64,000 nt of DNA from NCBI RefSeq assembly GCF_009914755.1, contig NC_060926.1. One strand, given 5' to 3'. Below, piece after piece: positions 52,140-64,000 of the stretch. The notes beneath the pieces were generated by a model. That model made no database searches, was not told where the DNA came from, and saw nothing but the letters and a program-made list of their open reading frames with translations. This DNA comes from the human T2T-CHM13v2.0 reference genome, Homo sapiens. Made by a program: the position numbers and the translations under genes. The stretch's first letter is position 1. Each line of letters begins with the position of its first letter.

Positions 52140-54320
52140 GAAAAGGTATAAAGTCATTAATATCAGATAAATAAGGACAGAAAAACTATAACCCAAATAT
52201 GACAAGTGAAGAGTGGAAATCCACAAAGCATGAGAGAGAGTACTAAGTCAGCTATCATAGTAATTAATTAAAGACAAAAATCCTAACCAGCTGGTCAAAT
52301 GAGTCCAACTACTTTCTGTCCACAATCCCTAATACCCAATGGCAATCTAAAAACCAAAAGCTGTACCATAAATGATGTGAACTACTTGCTTGGGGTCAGG
52401 TTTAGTTCACACACAGATTAATGAGAAAGAAGGAGAGAGCTTCAGGAAGGTCTAGACAGGATAAGAAATGGAGTGGGGAGGTGGGAGAGAAGCCATTTCA
52501 TTCATGGATGAAATTTACTTATGTTTTAAGTGCTGAAAGAAATTATTCCTTATTTTAGCTGCTAGAGGGTGTCCTAAGCTTTGCTGCGAGCCTCATACTA
52601 ATAGACCTTGAGTGAACTTAACAAAACCATTCTTCATTTTTTACACATAGCATTTGATTATCCCTTCTACTTAAACAAACTCATATCAGCAATCTAAACC
52701 AATCACTAAGAATCATAGGCTATTTGAAGGAAACAAATATTGTTAAAGAAAAAAAAATTAAGAAATCAGCCAAGGTGCCAAGAAAAGATGCTAAAAGGCA
52801 ATCCAGGGAATAAAGGAGATTTTAATAAAATATATTTGCTAGTTATGAGAAATTTGAGAGATTATTGAAACCAGAAAACAACTATAAGGATTAAGAAAAT
52901 GAAACAATCAGAAAGAATTATGGACAAATTGATAAATATTGCCTAAATTAAAAATAACTGACATAAGGCTGAAAGTGAAATCAAATAAATAAAACTCAAA
53001 CAGAACATTAGAATACCAAGACAAGGGAATTACAGATAGCAATTTTTTTAAATGTGCTAAAAAGTTAGAAGATATTGAGGATTAATCTAAGAAGGCTAAT
53101 ATATTTTTAATAGAAGTACTGGTAAGTAGTAGGTAAGTAGTAGAGCAAGGATTTGAACCCAAAGCTTCATGCATGAAAATACTAAAAACTTTCAGAGCAA
53201 GACCATATCTAAAAAACAGAAGAAGGAAAATTATGTCGACATTTCATTAACAAAATTACATGTTGAAAGATGATGCTGCACTATTCACAGAGATTTAAGG
53301 AAAATTATTTTGAAACCAGTCAATCCATTATCCGAAATGTGAACAGAACATCTCAACTGTTAATTTTAAAGACATAATAAAAGTTCAGAATTTGCAAAGA
53401 GTAAGAAATTTAACGTAAGAAATCTAAAACCCATAGGCTTTCTCTGAAAGAATTAGCACTGAAGGAGTATACTACAGCCAAAGAAAATAATGTAATAAAA
53501 TATAACATTTTAAACATAGTGAGATTATAGAAGCCACTAAAATATATGTTTAATAATTTGGAAGTACAAATAACATATTCATAATGTATACCATTTATAC
53601 TTATGCAATATAATCACATAATGATAAAATATAAATAAGCATTTATACATAAATAAAAAAATTATTATTAACTGCGATGAAACAATCCCAGATGAGCTCA
53701 ACATGGGAGATGGGGTGGGGCAGGAGGAAATGAAAGCATGCTAGGTTATCTATTATTAGAAGGAAAATAGGGTGAAGAGTAAGAGGATGAAGGAATAATT
53801 GATTTATCTTGGTGATTCATAAAAATGTGTTATAAAAATATATGTACTTGAGAAATTAACCATTACAAAAATAGTTACATATTGAAAATTTAAATGTTCT
53901 TAATAAGATTCACTGATTATCAAACTATCGAAGAAAAGATATAAAAGATAAAACAACAACCTACAACCTTATTTTACTTTTAAGAGACTCATCTAAGATA
54001 AAATTTAAAAAAAAATAGGAGAAATAATATATATGCCAGCAAGTGCTAACGAAAGAAAGCTAATGTTAAAATGTTGATGAAACTCCAAACAGACTTTAAT
54101 TCCATCATGAAATTCGGTATTAACAAAAGGTAATGCTAAGAAAATATAAATCATTAAACTTTAATCAGGTAAGACAAAAGCTTCCAAATATATAAAGCAG
54201 AAGCAGAAAGTGAGACATTGCCAATTTTAGAAACACATTGGTAGAATTTAACACAAAATTTTCAGAAATCAACAAAAGAACAAAAAAATAAGGCAGAGGA
54301 TTTGAATGACATAATAAAAG
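52140..54320 (+). mobile_element. Old L1ME/HAL1-like ORF1 to early ORF2 remnant
   Basis: A-rich; ttagaagatattgaggattaatctaagaaggctaatat; tttaagagactcatctaag; ggtagaatttaacaca. Confidence 0.55.
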
Positions 54321-54324
54321 TAGT

Positions 54325-54900
54325 TTAGCCATTTATTCAACAAAGGTTTTTGAGCACTCACTGTGTGACAGTTACTCTTTTGAGTGTTCTAGATTGTGAC
54401 AGTAAAAAAGAAAAGTCCAGATCTAAAGATTTTAGCTTCTCATTTTTATAGGGAAAGACAGACAATGGAAAAAATAAATTAAGTACAGCACATATGACAA
54501 GGTAGTAAGTATTTGAAGGGAATGAGGAAAGTCAGCCTGGGTGGGTGAGCAGATTGCAGTTTCACTTGGGTTTGTTAGGGAAGGCTTCACTAAGAATAAG
54601 ACATTGAGTAAATGCTCAAAGGAGGAGTAAGAGTTAAAGCTAATAGGAGATTTTGAGTAGAATAGTGACATGATCTGGTTTACATAAAATTGCATGACTG
54701 GGTAATTTGGTGGGAAAAATAAAATTAAATGTAAGTAAGGATGGAATGTCAGGAATGCATTGGAAGCCTATAGTAATAATTCACGTAAAACATTATAGTG
54801 GTTTGGACCAGCTTGCATCAGTAGAAATAGCTAAAAATGGCCAAAGAGTAAATCTACATAGAAAATAAAACAAAATGGATATACTGATAGATAGGATGGG
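54325..54900 (-). mobile_element. L2
   Basis: catttattcaacaaa...ttgagcactcactgtgtg...gggaaggcttcactaag...agtgacatgatctg. Confidence 0.7.
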
Positions 54901-55067
54901 CAGCCTGGTTTGTTTTCTGTATTTATATCTTAGTCAATATTCTTAATTCCTGTGTCTGGCTATTATTCCACAATTTTGTGACTACTAAAAGGCATTCCAA
55001 ATATCTTCTAATATTCATAAATGCATAATAAATAGGAATGATGTATTATATAAAACCAAAAGCTTAG

Positions 55068-57369
55068 TGTATTAGTCTGTTTTCATGCTGCTGTTAAAGA
55101 CATATCTGAGACTGGGCAATTTACAAAAGAAAGAGATTTAATGGACTTACAGTCACACAAGGGTGGGGAGGCCTCACAATCATGGCAGAAGGCAGGAGGA
55201 GCAAGTAGCATCTTACATGGATGGCAGCAGGCAAAAAGAATGTGCAGGGAAACTCCTGTTTTTAAAACCATAAGAGCTCATGAGACTCATTAACTCTCAC
55301 AAGAACAGCACAGGAAAGACATGCTCTCATATTTCAATAATCTCCCACCAAGTTCCTCCCATGACATGTGGGAATTGTTGGAGTTACAATTCAAAATGAG
55401 ATTTGGGTGGGGACACAGCCAAACCATATCATTCACCCCATCCCCTCTCAAATCTCATGTCCTTACATTTCAAAACCAATCATGCCTTCCTAATAGTCTT
55501 CCAGAGTCTTAACTCATTTCAGCATTAACTCAAAAGTCCACAGTCCCACATCTCATCTGAGACAAGGCAAATCCCATTCACCTGTGAGCCTGTAAAATCA
55601 AAAGCAAGTTAGTTACTTCCTAGATACAATGGGAGTACAGGCCTTGAGTAAATATAGCCCTTCCAAATGGGAGAAATTTTCCAAAACAAAAAGGGCTACA
55701 TGCCCCCTGCAAGTCAGAAATCCAGTGGGGCAGTCAAATCTCAAAGCTCTAAAATGATCTCCTTTGACTCCATGTCTCATATATGGGTAACACTGATGCA
55801 AGAGTTGGGGTTCACATGGTCTTGGGCAGCTCTGCCCTCATGGCTTTGCAGGATACAACCTCCTTCCTGGCTGCTTTCATCGGGGGCTGGCATTGGGTGT
55901 CTGTGGCTTTTCCATGAGCACGGTACAAGCTGTCAGTGGATCTACCATTCTGGGGTCTGGAGAATGGTGGCCCTCATCTCGCAGCTCCACCAGGCAGTGC
56001 CCCAGGGGGGACTCTTTGTGAGGACTCTGACCTCACATTTCCCTTCTGCACTGCCCTAGTGGAGTTTCTCAATGAGAGTACTGCACCCGCAGCAAACTGC
56101 TGCCTGGGCATCCAGGCATTTCCATACATCCTTTGAAATCTAGGTGGAGGTTCCCAAATGTCAATTATTGACTTCTGTGCACCTGCAGCCTCAACACCAC
56201 ATGGAAGCTGCCAAGTCTTGGGGCTTTAACACTCTGAAGCCGCAGCCTGAGCTGTACCTTGGCCTCTTTTAGTCATGGCTGGAATAGCGGGGATGCAGGG
56301 TGTCTTATCCCTAGACTGCACACAGCAGAGGGACCCTGGTCCCAGCCAAGGAAACCATTTTTTCCTCCTAAACTTCCAGGCCTGTGATGGGAGGGGTTGC
56401 TGCAAAGGTCTCTCATATGTCCTGGAGACATCTTCCCCATTGTCTTGGGGATTAATATTTGGCTTATCATTACTCATGCAAATTTCAGCAGTCAGCTTGA
56501 ATTTCTCCTCAGAAAATGGGATTTTCTTTTCTATTGCATTGTCAGGTGGCCAATTTTTTGAACTTTCAGGCTCTGCTTCCCTTATAAAAGTGAATGCTTT
56601 TATGCTTTTAACAGCACCCAAGTCACATCTTTAATGGTTTGCTGCTTAGAAATTTCTTCCGCCAGATACCCTAAATCAACTCTCTCAAGTTTAAAGTTCC
56701 ACCAGGCTCTAGGGCAGGGGCAAAATGCTGCCAGTCTCTTTGCTAAAACATAACAAGAGCAAATGTTGTTCCAGTTCCAAGCAAGTTCCTCATCTCTATC
56801 TGAGACCACCTCAGCTTGGACTTTATTATCCATGTCACTATCAGCATTTTAGACAAAGCCATTCAACAAGACTCTAGCAAGTTCCAAACTTTCCCATATT
56901 TTCCTGTCTTCTTCTGAGCCCTCCAAACTCTTCCAACCTCTGCCTTTTCCCCAATTCCAAAGGTGCTTCCACGTTTTCAGGTATCTTTTCAGCAGCACCC
57001 CACTCCAAGTACCAATTTACTGTATTAGTCTTTTTTCATGCTGCTGATAAAAACATACCTGAGATTGGACAATTTAAAAAAGAAAGCAGTTCCACATGGC
57101 TGGGGGTCCTCACGATCATGGTGGAAGGCAAGGAGGAGCAAGTCACATCTTACATGGATGGCAGCAGGCAAAACCAGAGAATGAGCAGAAAAACTGTTTG
57201 TAAAACCATGTGATCTCATGAGAGTCATTCACTGCAATAAGAACAGTGTAGGAAACACCCACCCCTGTAATTCAGTTACCTCCCAGTGAGTACATCCCAC
57301 CACACATGGGGATTGTTGGAGTTACAATTCAAGATGAGGTTTGAGTGGGGGCAAAGCCAAACCATGTCA
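55068..57369 (-). mobile_element. Full-length THE1B: 3' LTR 55068-55431, internal 55432-57020, 5' LTR 57021-57369
   Basis: tgtattagtc...aaaccatatca LTRs; gtaccaatttac junction; TSD CTTAG/TTTAG (one mismatch). Confidence 0.95.
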
Positions 57370-58120
57370 TTTAGTAAATTATATATATATAAAAAATAAC
57401 TTATATTTGGTTGTCATACTTTAAATGACAGTGTAACAAGTCAATTGTAAAAAAAATGTGTTCACTAGGATATTTTATTTTAAAAAACTGATCTAAATAC
57501 ATTGAAGGTTAAGGATAAAATAAAAATAAATAACATTATTACCTATTTATTTCCTTATTACATGCCAGGGAATGCAGGCAATAACTTAAAAATGAGTGAT
57601 AATGAAAGCACGACACAACAAAAACTTTGGGATATGGCTGATGAATTACTCAGAGGAAATTTAGTGTTAAATTAACTTATTACAAAATAAAGACTAAAAT
57701 TCAATTCTCACATGAGAAAGAAGAAAAAGGAAGAACCACATAAGCACAAGATAAAACATGATTAAATATTTAAAACTAAAATAAATGTATTTTTTTAAAA
57801 AGAGACTACCAAAAAAATTATTGACATAAGTAAAAGCTGGTTATTTCTAAAAAAAAGCAATATTACTAAAATACAGAAAAGTGCTTATTTCTGTTGAAAA
57901 ATAAAATGATGAAATAAACAACAGCAAAACATAAAAAATGGATAGTCTTATTTTTGGATACATATGTGATCAAATAAAAGAATGTGCAAATTTACATCAT
58001 GTATTTGAAACTCTAAACTTAACATATGATTTCCTGGTGAAATGTTATTTAACAATACTGATGTAAAAGAAGTAATAAAGAAAAAACAAAGAATAAACTT
58101 TAAAGGTGGTCAAATACTGT

Positions 58121-58963
58121 TGTGATAGGCAGAACAATTGCATACCAAAGACGTTCACCTTCTACTCCCTGGAGCCTGTGAATATGTTACATTACATGTC
58201 AAAAACAGGGTACCAGATAGAAATAAAATTTCTAATCAGATGACTTTTAAAGTAGAAAGATTCTAATGAACTATCCAAGTGGGGCCAATATAATCATAAG
58301 TCTTTAAATGTGGAAGGGGGAGGAACAAAAGTTGATGGCTAGAGTGAAGGCTAGAATGGTTAGAATGATGATGAGAAAATTATACAAACTATTCTTGCCT
58401 TGAGGAAGGAAGAGTGCCATAAAGGGGAAATTCAGGCAGCCTGAAGACGTTGGGAAATATAAGGAAACTGATGCTCCCTGATGTGTTTTGGCTGTGCCCC
58501 CACCCAAACCTCATCTTGAATTGTAGTTCCCATAATCCACACATATTGTGGGAGGGACACAGTGCGAGGCAATTGAATCATGGGGGCACTTACCTCCATA
58601 CTGTTCCCATGATAGTGAATGAGTTCTTATGAGATCTGATGGTTTTATAAGAGGCTTTTCCCGCACCTTTGCTTTGCACTTCTCCTTACTGCTGCCATGT
58701 GAAAAAGGATGTGTTTGCTTCCCCTTCTGTCGTGATCATAAGTTTGCAGAGGCCTCCCCAGTCCTGTGGTACTGTGAGTCAATGAAACCTCTTTCCTTTA
58801 CAAATTACCCCATCTCTGGTATGTCTTTATTAGCAGCGTGAGAACGGACTAATACACTCCCCTAGAGGCTACAGGAGAAATGCAACTCTTGATTTTAACA
58901 CAAAGTTATTTCAAGCCATCAAGTTATCACAATCCATTAAAGCAGCAATGGGAAACTAATGCA
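58121..58963 (+). mobile_element. MLT1D LTR (split by THE1D)
   Basis: tgtgataggcagaa...ggagcctgtgaatatgttac...agcagcaatgggaaactaatgca. Confidence 0.8.
58479..58856 (+). mobile_element. THE1D solo LTR, TSD CTCCC
   Basis: 378 bp TG...CA; TSD at 58474-58478 and 58857-58861. Confidence 0.92.
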
Positions 58964-59357
58964 ACCCATAACAAAAGCACCAGTTCCATATGGTTAGGAT
59001 GTAAATTCTATCATACTTCAAGGGATAGTTAAACACCATTCATATAACTTGTTGTAAAGCCCAGGAAAAGCTGGTTAGCATCCTGTAGTATTCAAAAAGG
59101 ATATTTTATAGATCGATTGTGACATCAAAACCAAACATAGTTGACAGAATGACAGGTAAAGAAAAAAGGGAAGCAGATGCAGTAGGGAAAAGAAAGAGAA
59201 TGATGAAGAGAAAGAAAAATTATCAGCCAAGCACATGAATAATATAGTTGAAAAAATAACACACTAAACATGGTTTACAAGGAAGTGTAAAAATATTTCA
59301 ATATTCAGGACTTTATTAATGAAATTCATGGCATAGGGAAATTAAATAATTTTTTCA

Positions 59358-59831
<474 letters not shown>

Positions 59832-59848
59832 TCAAAAAATACCATTTA

Positions 59849-60239
<391 letters not shown>

Positions 60240-60799
60240 TTAAAATAAAGAAACAACAATATGAACTACAAATAATATAAGTAAAATAAATGAACAAAAT
60301 TATATTAAAAAGATTCTTAATTTCTAGTATTTAAGTGCAATTAAAGTGAGATTGTTACCACTCAACATTTTGGCAAACATTAAAAAGTTTAATGTACTTA
60401 CACATTTGTAAGAGTGTAGTATAATACATAGCAATATCTGATGGGAATTTATATCCTAAACATCTACCTATAAAGTGATGTATAATTACAGAATACCTAT
60501 ATTGTCACAATTTAGCAGTTTAAAAAATTAGGCAGATCTATATGAATGGATAGAAACATTTTTAAATAAATAGAAACAAGTTTCAAAGTTATGTTTGTGC
60601 ATGTGTATGTCCACATATATAAAGAACTACCCTGAAGGAGACACAAAAATGTTCATAGTACTCCTCAATTAAGAAGGGAATCAGGTAGAGGAAACAAGTA
60701 AAGGAGAGCTCTACTACTTGCATTTTCTGCAAAGTGATTGATTCTTTATATATTTTGATATAATGATAAATTAATATCTAAATGCAATTAACACTACAT

Positions 60800-60975
60800 T
60801 GGTGTTCATGGTCCAACTTGGGAAAATAGCAAGCATTTTAAGCATATTACAGATAACTTAGTACAGAGGTTTGGTTACATAGTTGCTGGAAGACCAGGGG
60901 AGCCAATTAGAGAAAAGGAGACAACTCAGAGATCTCCAACTATAGAAACCCACTACTGCATTAGGATCAACAGGA

Positions 60976-61014
<39 letters not shown>

Positions 61015-61350
61015 GTATTACTAGATTTCAGGGAGTGAAGTCACCCGGCAGAAACTGGAATAACCACAGCAGAGATTGGTGGTGTAAACAAGATACCATG
61101 CTGTCGTAGATACTGCCTCGGCATATAGACTGGAGTTCATATGCTCTAGCTCTTTCCTTTTCCTCTCTCCTCTGTATCATGCTCTGAAATCACCTGCCAG
61201 TGTCTCCCATTGGCTGAAACACAAATGGCAGCCGCTGACAAAATAACTAGGAAAACTGCTTCCAGAGGTCATCCCACCTGGAACACCTAGCAATATATGG
61301 GAAGAATAAGGAACAAGTTTGAAGGATGTTCAATTGGAAGATATCTAGTA
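60800..61350 (-). mobile_element. Old ERVL LTR (LTR33-related)
   Basis: cacctgccagtgtctcccattggctgaaac; ttggttacatag. Confidence 0.5.
60981..61010. repeat. (AG)15 microsatellite
   Basis: Read directly from the sequence. Confidence 0.95.
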
Positions 61351-64000
61351 GACTGTCAGAGAAAATAGTCTACATAGCCCTAATAAAATTAAAAACAACT
61401 ATAGATATTATATATGTGCCTACTGGTGTGAATATTGCTCTTGTTTTCTAATATGAAAATTTTTGCCATACGAAACAGCTTTTAAATATTTAATACCTTA
61501 TTCAGAACTTGAGAATTCTAACCGCATAAGAACTAGCAATGATTTCAGTCAAGTAGATATTTTATGTATTCTCCCATGAATCACACTATGAAAATTTCTG
61601 ATTTCTCTCATTCTGGGGTTAGATTATGATGTAAATTATTCTGGGAAGAAGCCGCACACAAAAGCCATCAAGTGTTTCAAGAGGAAACAGCAGGCTCTCA
61701 AAAATCTATGCAAAGTCTAATTGAATCTAGGGAAATACATGCCTGATTAGGTTCATTTATTGGACTCTGAAGTTTTAAGAATGATAGCTTAAATCATTCG
61801 CATTGAATAGAGACAGAAAACAGTTTTTTAAAGTCATTTTGAATATACAAATATAATAACTTGCTCATTAGTTATCAAGAAGCTACAATTAGGAATGTCC
61901 ATTTGAGTACTGAATATTTTAGACTAAAACACTGTTTACATCATACTTTATGTATGCCAAGTAAAGTCTTTACATGAGATGGTCTAATCAAGGAATGATT
62001 TGGTCAATTTCTTATGCCTGTAACCATGAACTATGTGAGTTTTCTCTAATCTCTACTTCCAGCTGTGCCATGCGAATCCAACCTGCAAGAAACTGCAGAA
62101 CTAATTTTACTAAATACTTGCTTTTACATTGATGTTTCTTTATAAGGATAAACACAAAACTCTTCAGACTTATATTCAAGATACATTATGAATCAATTTT
62201 CATTCTGTCTTTTTATGCATTAAATCTTATATATTAATAAAAGTACTGGTAGATTTTTCCAAATGATGACAACTTTCTATATTTCCTGCTGTTTTTGTAA
62301 GACTACTTTTGCTTTAGAAGACTTGCTCAACAATACTCAGATACTACAACTATGTAGACCAAAATCAATCCATCACCTAATCCAATAAACCTTTAAAGTT
62401 TATGAAGCATTTTTGTATACATATTTTCAAGTGTTCCTCCAAACCCTTTTATAAGGTATGTTGGGTGGGGGTGAATATGAGATTATTTGGAGCAGATTTG
62501 ACAGGAAGTAGTATATTAGGAAATGCTGAGGAGGATGAGCCTTTTAGCAAAACACATCGTTTCTCTCCTTTTCCTTCCCACTAGAATTAAAAAAAAAAAA
62601 AAAAAAGAAAGCAGGAGCTAACAATCCATAACCTTCCTGGCAACTAAAAGGGTTAAAATTCAGGACAGAAGCTAAAATGAAAGAAGTTGAGGCAAGACTT
62701 GTATATAAAGACATCATTTTGTGACTGGCAGAGAGAAAATGACTACAAAGCCCAGACAAATTCCCAGACATGCATAGAAAAAGTTACTGTATTTGTTTAT
62801 TTAGAACACTAACATAAACTTGGAAAGAGGAAGAAGCAGTAATCTCCTTAGGCATTACACTGCTATAAAGAGAAAAAAAGTACACTTCCCAAATTAAAGA
62901 AAATGTGAAGCAACTCCATTTCTACCTGTAGTGCCAACCCCATGACATCTCAGTTCTTCACAACCTTGGTTTTCAATCTGGAAATAGTTTATTGAGGGTG
63001 AATTTTATGTCACTGTGTTTGAAGGAAAACATAAAAAGACACTGTTGCCCTGCAATGACTTCCTACAAAACTCAAAATACCCTCCTGTCTATGCCTGTCT
63101 TCCACAGAGGCATCCCAGATGACTTCATTGTAAAAACAGCTGCATTTGTATGCTCAGATATATCATTTAAAAATCAGACTGCACCCTTCAGAAAATTTCC
63201 AAGAACAAGAGTTTAACTGGCAAATTTTTATTGATTTTAAGATCCTGGAGTCTGTGATCCAAGTACACATCAAGTGATGCCAAGAAATCAGGAGGAAAAA
63301 TGATGAGTAAGCTGTATGTGATGGGCATGAACAGTTAAAGAGTGAAGCCTGCTCCAGAACGTGAAAATCTGTACTAGAATTACATGGATCTTTGGTAACG
63401 AGGATATGTATAGTAACCACCACACAGTAAACACAAAGGTAATATCTTTAAAATAGTGGTGACGTAATTTTAAGATGATGATGAGGTTAGAAGACGTACT
63501 TCCTGTCCTTCCTCGAGAAGTTAGCCTGGTTTAAGATAAAGGGAGGATTCAGACATCTAATTCCCACTAAAAGGAAAACATACAGGAAAGCTATAGCTCT
63601 TTATTAGTATAATATTTACTAATTTATTAAGTATATCTATTAAGTGGGGCACTATTCCATGCATCAGAGGTATAGAAATGAGCAGATTTGTGCAACAGAA
63701 CTTCAAACACAAATAGAAGTAGAAATAAACAGACATAAAAAACAGACAAAAATAGAAATAAACAATTTGATTCATATAAAGAACAATGTTTATGGTGAAA
63801 GGAATGAACTTGTACTAACTGTGTAACTGCAGAAGGAGAACTTGACAGTACTAGGATTTGAAGTAACTAATAAATGTGGAATAGCTTTAAGAAATAATGT
63901 TGTTCATTGATAAAGAATAAGCACAATACAACTGGGTATTGGATTCTAGGTATATTTGTTTTTCCAGTTTGTGGTATCATCTTAGGAGAAGACCAATGTC

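Noticed and set aside
61970-62100. Possible extra exon (minus-strand acceptor tttcttgcag near 62083; plus-strand acceptor ctacttccag near 62062)
   Set aside because: No convincing paired donor, and the minus-strand frames stop quickly; too weak to call.

Overview
AT-rich, CpG-poor primate genomic DNA (AluJ/S/Y, THE1B/D and L1PA are present; human or close ape, species not resolvable by eye). Most of the window is interspersed repeats: old L1M/HAL1 and L2, MIRs, MaLR and ERVL elements, two full-length THE1B proviruses in opposite orientation, a 5'-intact old L1P, several Alus and microsatellites. None of the supplied ORFs is a credible gene. The best non-repeat signal is a candidate minus-strand spliced transcript: micro-exons at 27951-27915 and 26995-26952 plus a terminal exon from 1989 to about 1290 with AATAAA. 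I could not identify the gene. Other items of note are a doubly truncated L1 with no poly(A) or TSD, a compact YY1/CREB/ETS motif cluster, a local duplication inside an ERVL pol remnant, and small hairpins and duplications. I found no convincing novel biological system. Repeat subfamily names come from recalled consensus sequences and need RepeatMasker/Dfam confirmation. Boundaries of old elements are approximate.
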